Shown here in pieces: positions 18,894-30,144 of a DNA stretch of 35,344 nt. This DNA comes from an uncultured virus (IMG/VR IMGVR_UViG_2061766007_000696). Taxonomy: Duplodnaviria > Heunggongvirae > Uroviricota > Caudoviricetes. Below the pieces are notes generated by a model that worked only from the letters and a program-made list of their open reading frames with translations, searched no databases and had not been told where the DNA came from. The first letter of the stretch is position 1; each line of letters starts with the position of its first letter. Location of the stretch: IMG/VR virus record IMGVR_UViG_2061766007_000696. One strand, given 5' to 3'. The position numbers were made by a program, and so were the translations under genes.

Positions 18894-21800
18894 ATGAAAA
18901 CAAATTATTCAGTAGAGGTTGACAGATATAATCCAACGGCTTTAGCGCATTGCTTAAAAAAATTAGAGGATAACATCCCGGATTTTGAATATGATTGGAA
19001 ACTTACTATTAATGCAGGTGGTATTGATTACGGAGTTTATCTTAATATTGATATTGAGAAAAAGAAAATTGAAATCTGTAATCAGCCTGAATATGGTTCT
19101 GATGGTGATGATATGTTGGATGATGTTTTTGAGGCAATAGCAGAAAATGAGGAGGAATAAAAATGAGCAGAACAGTAGATAATGTATTTGAATTGGTTTA
19201 TAAATATAAGACAGCTGATGGTGTTATTGGTGTTGTCCGGGCTGACAGCATCTATGAAGCAATACAGAGAATAGAGGATGCATTTGGACATACGATGAAT
19301 ATAACTGCAATTGTTGCACTAAAGGAATTTGATAACGATTTTGGTGTTGTTACATTAAATAATTAAGGGGGATAATTAAATGAGTAGATGGAATAAAACT
19401 TGTGAGGAATTTAAAGAGGTTAGAGGACTCATTGATAGTGATGATGTAAATCTAAGTGAAATAAAGGAAAAGTTAATAGGAATTTGTACTAAGTATGCAA
19501 ATGAGGATTGGGATTTTGCTCAAGATTTCCAGGATTTAGCTGATGATATCTTTGATATTGAGGAAAACGAGGATGAAATTGATTGGGCATTAGGTGAATT
19601 TTATGATCTTTGTGATAGTGCAAGAGTGTGGCTGGATATTTAAGNNNNNNNNNNNNNNNNATTGCGTGGTTTATTTAAGTCCAGGTGGAATGCATTATAG
19701 ATATAGATGTACTGCAAATACTAAAAAGGAAGCAAGGATAGCTTGTCATAATGCTATGGGTTGCAGATATAAAGATATAACAGAAGTGTATGAGGAGGAT
19801 TAATTATGTCAGAATTTATATGGAATGTAGAAGAACAGAAATTAAGGGAATTATCTAGAGAAGAAATATTAAATAAGTATGTCAAAAGCGATGTGTATTC
19901 ATTACAGGAAATGCAAGATGCTATGGATAAATATGGCAATACTGCAAAATGGAGTGTTATTTGGGAAAAGTTTGAACTGTTTCAAAAGGAAAAGGATACT
20001 ATAAAGAAAGATAAATATGGTCATTATAATACCAATTCCTTAAATGCTTGGTGTAAGAAAAACGGTGTTCCTCAAAAAGGATATAATAATAGTCCTGGTT
20101 CTTATTCAATGGGATATTATCGTTATATAAATATTACTACCTATGACAAAGACTGTATTGAAACTTTAATTCCAGATTTATTTTATCAATTTTTNNNNNN
20201 NNNNNNNNNNAGATTGGTTTCGTGATCACGATGAATATACAATTAAGTGTAACAAAATATATGAAAATATAAATAAACATTATCCAATGCCTTTCTTAGA
20301 AGACATTCATTTTTCTGCATTTTTTGATGGTTGGATTTATAGATATCATCCTGAACAAAAAAGAAAACTAACTATGGAAGAGCTTGATAAAATTATCATC
20401 TTTCAGAATGCAGTTGCAAATGCAATTAAAAATGTAATTGATACTCAATCACCAAGAATTGAAATTTAAAAAGGAGGTTTATTATGAGAGCAACACATGG
20501 AACAGCCATTTATACAGGCGGNNNNNNNNNNNNNNNNNNNNNNNNNNNNNNNNNNNGGGTGGTCCAGATTGGTGTAGTTTATTTGATTCAGATGTGACTG
20601 AAGAAGATGAATATACTGATATGGTATGCTACAACAATGATTGGTGTGAAAAACATGAAGTAAAGGTAGACTTACAAGAATTATATGAAATGTTTGAAGA
20701 TTTTTGCAGACGGCTTGATGCAAAGGAACCGGGAATTACGGATGGATATGAAGAACATAGTAATTATGCTGCTGGTGAGATATGTGATTATATAGATTTT
20801 TCTGAGTTTGTAGATTACAAGCCAAATGGAAGTGTTCTTGTAAAAGGAAGAACTGCTGAAGAAGTTTTTGATACATTGGTAATGGATGTTATTAAAAATT
20901 GTCTATTATATGATAGTGCTTTAAAAGCAAAAGTATTTACCAAAGTAGATGAACTATTGACAAAGATTGATAATTCTAAAGAACATCGTGGTTATTATAT
21001 TACATTTACAGATCCTGAAGAAATGCCTTTAACTTATGAGGATTTTGGAGAACCTAAAAATAATTCAATATCTGTTTGGTATAAGATAACTTATTCAAAC
21101 GGAGATTTCAATCTTTATAAAANNNNNNNNNNNNNNNNNNNNNNNNNNNNNNNNNNNNNNNNNNNNNNNNNTCGTGGTGACATTTATATAGGAATGATAA
21201 GAAAAGCTACTAAAGTTTGTATGGATGCCGAAAAGATAAAAGATTTTGCAAGTAATTTATGGATAGAACTATATAATAAATTTAATGAAAAGAATCCTAT
21301 ATTTGTTGGATTAAGTGAAACGAATTATAGCTTTAACCCCAATGCTACTAATATTACTCATTGGTATAGAGTATATGAGGAAGATGGTAGTCAATATGCA
21401 GATAAAATCGAAATTATAGATACTGGAGAAATACTTGAAAAAGATACTTGCATTAATGNNNNNNNNNNNNNNNNNNNNNNNNNNNNNNNNNNNNNTTGTA
21501 ACTGATGCAATAAATAAAATGTATGATGGGTTAGAGCATTATAATGGCATAAGATATTTTTATATCATTGACGAAGAACATTCCATTCTTATATCAGATG
21601 CTACTAGTTTAGAAAAATGGAATATTAAATATAAATTCACAGATAATGATGATGGCGATATTACAGTTATTAAATATGTCAATAAAAAGGAAAATACAAT
21701 ATATTCAGAAGTAAGAAGAGGATTAGCTTGACTTGATTGAGATATGGCATTGTTATTTAATGCCGTATTTTCTTTAAAATAAAGGAGATACAATATGTAT

Positions 21801-22910
21801 AAATATATGTATAGCGATAGCAATGGAAATGAAGAAATCGTTTCTTTTGAAAATGAAAAAGAAATGTATGAAAACATAAATGAGATTATGCAAGATATAT
21901 ATGATAATTTATGTGTAGCTTATGAGGATAAGGATGTAACTTGGTTGAACAGACTTTTAGATGTAGGCAATGTAACTGAAATTTATGTCCTAGACACAAA
22001 TATTTCTTACAGTATTACTATTTTAGATATAGATGAATGCCATCCTATTAGCGCAGAAGCTGTTTATACAGGTGGTAATATTTGGATATTTCATGGAAAA
22101 TGTTCAGATGGGAATTGGTTTTTGACAGACGATTATGGATATACGGCAATACTTGATACTGATCCTGATAAAGATTGGGATAACTGTCTTTATTATGAAT
22201 GGCAACAGAAACATCTTGTAAAGGATTTTAAAGAAAAAGAAAGAACAGATTTTTCAGATGAACTTGCTGATTTACTTCACAAAGTAGATTGTGGTCTAAC
22301 TGATGATGCAATTGAGGAATATAGAGAATATTGGAGGTTAAAATTATGATGGGATATCCAAAGAAAATAGCAATTGAGAAATATCCTGGAATATGGATTA
22401 AATACAAACAACAATATGAATTTGATGGCGGCATGTATTATGAAACATATGAAGACCGGGATATAGTTACTGGAAATTTTGTTGCTCTTACAAAAGAAAA
22501 TAAACTTCAGTTTTTATGGAATGGAAAATATAATGATTGGAATGCGAAATGGAAGGTGATAGGCGATGGGATATCCTAAAATACCAGATATAACATGTGA
22601 TAATATTGCTAAGATTTTTGATGAACAAGACAGATGGCGTAAAGCAAATCCTTGTTGTCAGAATTGCAAAGAATATTACGAGGAATACGGAACTGAGTTT
22701 TGCAAAAAACATGATTATCCTTGTGAAGATTCAGAGGAAAAATGTGAGGATTGGAGATAAATTATGTACGAAAGTTATATTGTTGATGAACTTGGAGAAC
22801 CTAAAATGAGATGTGGTGATTATAGTGATCAGGAAATAGATGAAGTACTTGCGGAACACCCAGAATGGAAAAGAGAATGTATTTGGGTGAATCCGGAAAG
22901 TATTTTTTAG
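18894..22910 (+). CDS. Run of small/medium hypothetical genes (18894-19160, 19163-19366, 19380-19643, 19806-20469, 20484-gap, 21795-22349, ~22346-22579, 22566-22760, 22764-22910)
   Basis: Consecutive ORFs with RBSs; several are broken by gaps. Confidence 0.7.
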
Positions 22911-22913
22911 CAC

Positions 22914-22942
22914 TTGACAAGTATATACAAATGGTATATACT
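22914..22942 (+). promoter_or_regulatory. SigA promoter with overlapping inverted-repeat operator for mazEF
   Basis: TTGACA-17 bp-TATACT; inverted repeat AGTATATAC-aaatg-GTATATACT at 22920-22942. Confidence 0.85.
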
Positions 22943-22964
22943 ATGCTTGAACGGAGGTACAAAT

Positions 22965-23226
22965 ATGAGTCAAGTAGTTAAATTAAGAACAGTAGGAAAT
23001 AGCACAGTCATAACTATTCCGAATAATAATCTCCAAATAGCTAATAAGCAAAGCGGTGATGCTTTTGAGGTAAACAATTTTGGTGATGGTGGTTTTCTNN
23101 NNNNNNNNNNNNNNNNNNNNNNNNNNNNNNGAGGAATTCTATGGCAAACCAGTTGATGAGATTAATAATATAGATTATGAATCAGAAATTGATTGGGGAA
23201 AACCTGAGGGAAAAGAAATATGGTAA
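22965..23226 (+). CDS. mazE: AbrB/MazE-family antitoxin (spans a gap)
   Basis: GGAGG RBS; N-terminal VKLRTVGNSTVITIP; C-terminal EIDWGKPEGKEIW. Confidence 0.88.
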
Positions 23227-23517
23227 AACAAGGTGATGTAATTAAAGTCAATTTTGATCCACAAAAAGGACATNNNNNNNNNNNNNNNNNNNNNNNNNNN
23301 NNNNNNNNNNNNNNNNNNNNNNNNNNNNNNNNNNNNNNNNNNNNNNNNNNNNNNNNNNNNNNNNNNNNNNNNNNNNNNNNTAACTGGAACAGTTTTATGT
23401 GATCAAATTAGGTCATTGGATTTAAACGCAAGACCGTATAATCATGTAACTAATTTGCGAGATAAAGATATAGAAGAAATTTTAGAACGTATAAATATGC
23501 TAATGGAAAAAGAATGA
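23220..23517 (+). CDS. mazF: PemK/MazF-family toxin (spans a gap)
   Basis: MVKQGDVIKVNFDPQKGH...GTVLCDQIRSLDLNAR; overlaps the mazE stop. Confidence 0.9.
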
Positions 23518-23521
23518 GTGG

Positions 23522-23546
23522 GGAACATCATTTGATGTTCCTTTTT
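23522..23546 (+). terminator. Rho-independent terminator
   Basis: GGAACATC-attt-GATGTTCC followed by TTTTT. Confidence 0.8.
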
Positions 23547-23567
23547 GATTAAAAAGAGGTGTTTAAA

Positions 23568-23780
23568 ATGGAAGTTACAATATCAAAAGAAATGTGCGCA
23601 CGTAGTATAGATTCAATACCTAATGTTTCCCAGGAAACACGAGATTATTTTGAAAAGAAAAAGATTAAAACAGTAGGTGAGGCGTTTTTTGGTAATAAAA
23701 AAGTTGCGAAGAAACATTATAATCATTTAAAAGTAAAGGTATTATGGATTGTATTAGATATACAGACAGTAAAGGGGTGA
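23568..23780 (+). CDS. Small basic protein, possible HhH/alpha-CTD-like fold
   Basis: GAGG RBS; RSIDSIPNVSQETRDYFEKKKIKTVGE. Confidence 0.6.
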   Translation: MEVTISKEMCARSIDSIPNVSQETRDYFEKKKIKTVGEAFFGNKKVAKKHYNHLKVKVLWIVLDIQTVKG

Positions 23781-23784
23781 TGAT

Positions 23785-24424
23785 ATGTTTGGTGTATTAT
23801 ATGCTATAAGTGTTGGAATTGGCTCTATTATAAGCGGAACTAAAGGCATAATAGATAATTCAAAAGCATATAATAGAGGTGAACAAAGATATCAATCTGG
23901 CGAGGATTTAAGTAGAACNNNNNNNNNNNNNNNNNNNNNNNNNNNNNNNNNNNNNNNNNNNNNNNNNNNNNNNNNNNNNNNNNNNNNNNNNNNNNNNNNN
24001 NNNNNNNNNNNNNNNNNNNNNNNNNNNNNNNNNNNNNNNNNNNNNNNNNNNNNNNNNNNNNNNNNNNNNNNNNNNNNNNNNNNNNNNNNNNNNNNNNNNN
24101 NNNNNNNNNNNNACTGGGGATATATATGTATGCAGAAGTTTTTATGTTGAAAAATCAACTGTTCTTTTTTATATGAGTATTAAAACAGGATATTTGATTA
24201 GAAAAAGTGATACACAATTTGATTATGAATCNNNNNNNNNNNNNNNNNNNAATAAAGCAATTTATGATTTTATAATTGATTTTAATAAAAAGCAAAAAGA
24301 TGGTGGATGGTATGTAGCTAAAGATTTAGATGGAAACACAGTTCGAGATTATTATTGTAATAAATTTGAAATATCTGATCATATAAAATCTTTATATCAG
24401 TTAAAATATGGAGGTAAATTATGA
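23785..24424 (+). CDS. Hypothetical protein with hydrophobic N-terminus, gap-interrupted
   Basis: MFGVLYAISVGIGSIISG; fragments continue to a TGA overlapping the recombinase start. Confidence 0.55.
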
Positions 24425-25340
24425 GTGGAAGATTTGAACAAGATCAAAAACGTGAAATATGGATTGAAAACAAATTAAATACACAACCGCCTATTTATCG
24501 CAATTATATGACTAGCATCAAAAAGAAAACTAGTTCAACACGCAAGGCATATCTTGGTTATCTTATTGAATTCTATGGATTTATCAAAAGCCAGGATATT
24601 GAGTTTGAAAAAGTAAAGCCAATGCATATTGATGGTTATATTGATTATCTCACTAAAAGAGGTAACAAGGAGGCTATTATAAATGCAAAATTGTCTGCTA
24701 TTATTTCATTTTATGCATTTCTTCTTGATAATGAAATAGTTGCTAAAAATCCGTGCTCTACAAAAAAGAAATTGACCATAAAAGAAAAAGAAACTGTTAT
24801 ATATATGACAGATGATGAAGTTGAGGATGTTAAAAAAGACATAATGGAATCAACTTATAAATTCTGTAACAGAGATNNNNNNNNNNNNNNNNNNNNNNNN
24901 NNNNNNNNNNNNNNNNNNATATTGATATTGAGGATATTGATTTTATAAATAAGACAATCAAGGTAATTGAAAAAGGAGATAAAGATTGCACTATTGATAT
25001 AGAGGATAATACAATTGCTTTTATCAAAAAATGGATGTATGACAGAAGATTAATTCTTGATGATGACAGTGATACTGGGGCTTTATTTATAAGCCAAAAG
25101 ACCCATAAAAGAATGAGTACAGATGCAGTTCAGAATATGATTAGAAGACATACACATGAAATTGGTAAGCATATTACACCTCATAAGATGAGGTCAACTT
25201 GTGCCATGAAATTATACAATAAGACAGGTGATATTTATCTTACAGCACAGCAACTTGGACATAGCAATATAAAAAATACAATGATATATGCAAAGGCAAC
25301 TGATGGTAAGAAGAGAATGGCAGCGAGGTTATTGGACTGA
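24421..25340 (+). CDS. Tyrosine recombinase (YopP/SroD-like position), one gene across a gap
   Basis: N-terminal SAM-like domain; IDIEDIDF..KTIKVIEKG; TPHKMRST; QLGHSNIKNTMIY (K, HxxR, H and Y catalytic positions visible). Confidence 0.92.
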
Positions 25341-25534
25341 TGTATTATAATTATCATGCTCAAATCAATAAACTAATAAACGAAGGACACCTGATCCGTT
25401 ATGAAATCGTTCCCAAATGGAATTCAATTTCTCCGGCTCTGGTGTTCTTCTTTGATAATCATCGTCCAATGCCTGTGAGAAAACATAAATGGGACGAATA
25501 CTTTACAAAATTAAATAACAGTGATAATCTATAA
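25340..25534 (+). CDS. Small hypothetical protein
   Basis: 64 aa, TGATG coupling. Confidence 0.7.
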   Translation: MYYNYHAQINKLINEGHLIRYEIVPKWNSISPALVFFFDNHRPMPVRKHKWDEYFTKLNNSDNL

Positions 25535-25602
25535 TACGCAAAGAACCAGAGTAAGATAGCGATTAAATGAGCGTTTTACTGCATTAAATTTTGGGGGATT
25601 AA

Positions 25603-26106
25603 ATGGAAATAAGAATTGGTAAATGGTCAGACGGTTCAGAATCTAAGACTTATATGTTTGATTTTAAAGAAATTGAAGATTTGGATACGTTTAACCCTTA
25701 TAGCTATAAAGATGGTGATGTTCATATTGATTTAGATTATTGTCCTTTCTGTGAAATTAGGGGTATGTTGAATAGAGATTCTCAAGGTTGGTATGGTTGG
25801 TGCTCTATATGCGATTGTAAAGGCCCACATCATTGGGATTGGATAAAAGCAGCTAAGATGTGGAATGCTAGAAGTTTAAAGGATTATGCTGAAGCTAGAG
25901 GAGAAACAAAAGAAAAATTTATTTCTCGGCTTGTAGAAAGAGGATTTGATGTAAATAGAATATCTNNNNNNNNNNNNNNNNNNNNNNNNNNNNNNNNNNN
26001 NNNNNNNNNNNNNNNNNNTTTTTACTTATCAACTTTATGGGCTAACCGTTGCCGGGTAGCTTTTTCTATAAATAATATAACATATTTTGATGCAAAAGTA
26101 AATTAG
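25603..26106 (+). CDS. Protein with Lar-family (restriction alleviation) Zn-ribbon domain
   Basis: CPFC...CSICDCKGP...AAKMWNAR. Confidence 0.65.
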   Translation: MEIRIGKWSDGSESKTYMFDFKEIEDLDTFNPYSYKDGDVHIDLDYCPFCEIRGMLNRDSQGWYGWCSICDCKGPHHWDWIKAAKMWNARSLKDYAEARGETKEKFISRLVERGFDVNRISXXXXXXXXXXXXXXXXXXFYLSTLWANRCRVAFSINNITYFDAKVN

Positions 26107-26164
26107 TATTGAAAATGTCAAAAATGACGTTTTTATATCTATTTTTGAGAAAAAATCTCGTATA

Positions 26165-26362
26165 ATGACACGAAAAAGGGGAATTTCTATGTTATACAAC
26201 AACTCGATGATTATTAGCCGTGATAATGCGAAAGAACTAATCAAAACTTTGAATGAGGCTATGCGGAAATCAGATGAGGAATATCTAATTATAAAAAGAA
26301 CTGGTGATATACAATTTCTTTTATTTAATGATCCTGAAATAAAAATTCATTTTAAGAAATAA
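26165..26362 (+). CDS. Small hypothetical protein
   Basis: Short ORF with AAGGGG RBS before an internal ATG. Confidence 0.55.
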   Translation: MTRKRGISMLYNNSMIISRDNAKELIKTLNEAMRKSDEEYLIIKRTGDIQFLLFNDPEIKIHFKK

Positions 26363-26546
26363 ATTTTCACAACATCTGGTATAAAAAGGAAAGTGATATA
26401 TACTGGATATTGTGATTATTATTTTGCGTCTACAGATTGATAATTAAACGCACAGAATACGAAATTACGATTAGTTATTAAAGAAATCTAAAAGCTATTG
26501 TTCTCTCAAAACAATCATGCTAAGTTAAAATTAAACAAGGCAAACG

Positions 26547-26602
26547 TTGACAATTACTACATTTTCAGATATTGTATTAATGTCAACCACTAGATATAGT
26601 GT
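26547..26602 (+). promoter_or_regulatory. Putative SigA promoter and NrdR-box-like palindrome
   Basis: TTGACA-17 bp-TATTGT; GTTGACA/TGTCAAC inverted repeat; CCACTAGATATAGTGT at 26587-26602. Confidence 0.5.
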
Positions 26603-26632
26603 TATCTATATTACGTTTATGGGAGAATAACT

Positions 26633-27841
26633 ATGAAGAACAGAGAAAAACTTGAGGAAAAATTAGAAAGAAAAATAGCAAATGAATGTACAGATAATAA
26701 TGCTATTCAGACTCATTTCCAGGATCTTAAGAGATTTGGATTGTCAGAGTTTGATTTGGGTCAGTATCTTCATATGAGAAAGAATCTAACCGACACAAGT
26801 GATTTCTTTTTATTCTGTCTTACTACCTCATATTATCCTGCTTTGATTAATGAATATTTTTTCCCAAAGGAAATTGAGGCATTCGAAAATTTAAAAATTC
26901 AAAAAGAGGAATTAAATGGACAATTAAAAATAAATGCAGTTCAGATTTCCGACAATCAGTGGATAGGAAGGGTATCTGTTAAGGATCTTATGTTGTGGAG
27001 AAATGCTCAGATTATAAATTATAATGAGAATGCACAGAGAACCATGAAACATATTACCCGTCGTGGTCAGGATTTTTATCAGATTTATCTTAATAAAAAA
27101 GCCATTAAATCTATAATGGAAACAATGAAATCTGGAAATTATATAGCTAATACTCTGACGTTTNNNNNNNNNNNNNNNATGATGCAGATACTAATACATT
27201 ATTAATAGATGTATCTGAAGAGAAATTAGATATTCTGGACGGATATCACAGATATATAGCTATTTCAAAATTATATAATGAAGATTCAGATCTTGATTTT
27301 AATATGGAAATAAGAATTGTTAATTTTACAGAATCAACAGCACAGCAGTTCATATGGCAGGAAGATCAGANNNNNNNNNNNNNNNNNNNNNAAATGAAGC
27401 TTGCAAATGTAATTACTCAGAGAGTTAATGATAGTGGTGACTGTGATTTCTACCATAATATAGTTCCTAACGGAATTATAAATAAGGGCGAATTTGCGGT
27501 GATGGTTGNNNNNNNNNNNNNNNNTTGCTAAGAAAAATGAGCTTGAAATGCAAAAAGAAACCGTCAAGAGATTAGTGGCATATCTGAATCTGTTAGCTGA
27601 TGCGGATAAATCTTTGTTGTCATCATCCTGGGATAAACAGATGGTTTATGCAGCAGTATATTTATCAAACAAAACAGAAAAAAATTTAAGTAAAAAGAAA
27701 CTGATATCTATATTTAATAATATGTATAACGAACTTGTTTCAGATGAAAACAGAAAATATATGTTCAAAGGCTCAGATGTAACAAAAACTGACTTATCAA
27801 AGATGAGCAGAATATACAAAGGGGTACAAACACATGTTTAA
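26633..27841 (+). CDS. DGxHR (ParB/DndB-like) protein, YopQ/SroE-like, one gene across three gaps
   Basis: INYNENAQR...LNKKAIKSI; LDILDGYHRYIAI (near 27225-27265); FTESTAQQFIWQEDQ. Confidence 0.75.
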
Positions 27842-28510
27842 TGAAGAATTTAAAATGCAGTATATAAAAGATGATTCCTCAAATAAAAACTTTGCTAATT
27901 TCATGCCCTCTTTATTTGAAACCATAGCGAAATACGAGGAGGAATATCAAAAAGATTTATGTTGCTTTAATATAGAAGAAATAGGTTGTTATTTTACCGG
28001 TCTTTCAACAAGTTCTGTGGCAAGATGCCTTAATATCCGTTCTCAGTTTATTAAATATTCTGTTTATTGTGAAGAGAGAAATATGATTGATGATCATCAG
28101 ATTCATTGGGAAGAGGCAGATAAGCAGTTTATTATTAACTGTATTAACTACGGAAAACAGATGGAGGAACTTGTTTCAAGAGATGAGGTATTGAAAACTA
28201 TTAACGGTTTTCCTAATCCTCGTGATAAGTTTTTACCGCTGGCTATTTTTGAGGGAATATGTGGAAACAGATACCGTGATTTTCTGAATCTGACTATGAG
28301 AAATTTTTCCGAGAAGAATGGAACATATACGGTACGTTTGGAAAATAAGACTGTAGAAATATCAAAGCAGTTATATTACTATGCCGAGGAAGCAGCAGAA
28401 ACCTTTTCATTATANNNNNNNNNNTACTTTCTGATTTATTTGGAAGAATTCAGACAGTTGAGGGAATAGTTAATCAATATGAAGTTGTTTATGGGGAGGA
28501 TAAGGAATGA
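27834..28510 (+). CDS. MrpR/YopR (SroF)-like repressor with degenerate tyrosine-recombinase fold; middle lost in gap
   Basis: MFNEEFKMQY...YEEEYQKDLCCFNIEEI; NPRDKFLPLAIFEGICG...FLNLT (box I lacking TGxR). Probable C-terminus ...YGEDKE ends at 28510. Confidence 0.7.
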
Positions 28511-28758
28511 AAAAAGAAGAGTTTTATAATTTAATAATAGGGAAAACTATTGTTATTACTGGGGGAGCTGATGGTTTAGGCTTCTCTTATACAGGATTAG
28601 TTAATAATATTAAAGATGATACGTTAATGATTGACAATCTTATAGTGGTTTTAGATATTGATGATGTGGATATTGACAGTAACGAAAATAATATTCACAT
28701 CAAAATTAACAAAAAAAATTCACTATGGGTAACAATACTTGACAATATTAAACAATAA
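28507..28758 (+). CDS. Hypothetical protein
   Basis: 83 aa, GGAGG RBS, ATGA overlap. Confidence 0.7.
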   Translation: MKKEEFYNLIIGKTIVITGGADGLGFSYTGLVNNIKDDTLMIDNLIVVLDIDDVDIDSNENNIHIKINKKNSLWVTILDNIKQ

Positions 28759-28809
28759 TGCCAGAATAGAATCAGATACCAAAAAGAGAGAGGGGGTCTT
28801 TAATGGTAA

Positions 28810-29034
28810 ATGATTCGTGAAAGTAAGTATGATTGTCATCAATGTGGTGCGATTCTTACTTATAATCAACTTAATATAAAACAAAGAGATTATGGGGGAA
28901 TCGCTTTGCAAGATAAATGCTGTCCGTATTGTGGAAGTACGGAAGTTTCGAAATTTTCGGACAGACAGATATTGGGGAAATTTGTTTATCCGTCTGAATA
29001 CGCAGATCTTAAAAGCAATAATAATAGGAGGTAG
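28810..29034 (+). CDS. Zinc-ribbon protein
   Basis: CHQC...CPYCGS. Confidence 0.7.
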   Translation: MIRESKYDCHQCGAILTYNQLNIKQRDYGGIALQDKCCPYCGSTEVSKFSDRQILGKFVYPSEYADLKSNNNRR

Positions 29035-29036
29035 GT

Positions 29037-30137
29037 ATGAAAAATCAACGTTTTAATTTCGTTGGTGCTATTGACTGTAACACTGACGAGGGGGCAAAAG
29101 TACCTTTTATAAGGGAAATTACTGGTAATGCTACTGGTCTTAGTCTTAATCTGACTGTAGTAGCTGCCCAAAACAACAGAGCATTTCTTGAATGCCCTGG
29201 ATTCAAAAATGACACAATCAAGTCATATGATTCCGATGGAAATGAACTAAATATTGATTGGGATGACAGATTTGATGAAAAAATCGTTGACAAGGTTGCT
29301 TCTTATAAAAAGAATGTAATCACACTTAACGGAGACCGTCATGAATTTGTTTCTGCTTATGATTTTAATGATTTTATTCGTAAGAATATAAATGAAATCA
29401 AAGGAAAGAGATACACAGTAACTGGTCAGGTTAAGAAGAATGTTTACAACGGAAAAATTACAGACAGATTTGTTATCCAGTCTATGTATGAGGTAAAAGA
29501 GGATGATGAGCGTAAAAATCAGCTGAGAGTTACTTGCGATTTCTTCTTTAATAAGGATTCATTTGACCTTGCGGATTGGAAAAATGAAAAGAAAGTAATC
29601 ATCAATGGATATACTTGTGAATACATTGATAAGGCAAATCCCTCTGTGTATGTTAATAAGCAGCTGATTTTTGATTGCTCAAAGATTGATTTTGGTAATG
29701 AAAAGCATGTTAACATTCTTAAGTACAGACTTAAGCAGATTGGTTGTGATTATGCAGATGAAAAAATCAAAGTTAGTCTGAAAAAAGGATATCATCATAT
29801 TATTGCCATTTGTTCCTATCAGAATGGAAATGAAGAGGTTGAATTTGATGCAAGCCAGCTTAATGATAATCAAAAAATGGCTATTGAGTTGGGATTGAAA
29901 ACTCTTGATGATTTCAGACCCTCAGGAAATATTTTTGGGGAAAGAGTAACAATTTATAAGCTTGTTGATTATGATCTTCGTGGTGATTTTGAAAACGGCT
30001 GTGTTGCAACAGATGAGGATGTTGACGGAAATCTTTATGCTGTTTGTCAGAATGAATCACTTGATGATTTTGAAAAGGCAATTAATCCNNNNNNNNNNNN
30101 NNNNNNNNNNNNNNNNNNNNNNNNNNNNNNNNNNNNA
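29037..30137 (+). CDS. Phage replication-cluster protein (YorF-like position, possibly SSB); stop in gap
   Basis: Beta-rich protein of about 350 aa with acidic tail, directly upstream of the AAA_24 ATPase. Confidence 0.6.
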
Positions 30138-30144
30138 AAATTAA

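Noticed and set aside
24421..25340. Recombinase as the prophage integrase marking an att boundary
   Set aside because: It is internal to a co-oriented operon with phage genes on both sides; no att site or host genes are seen.
22965..28510. mazE, mazF, recombinase, DGxHR and MrpR-like genes as frameshifted pseudogenes
   Set aside because: Every frame break coincides with an N gap; visible parts have no internal stops.
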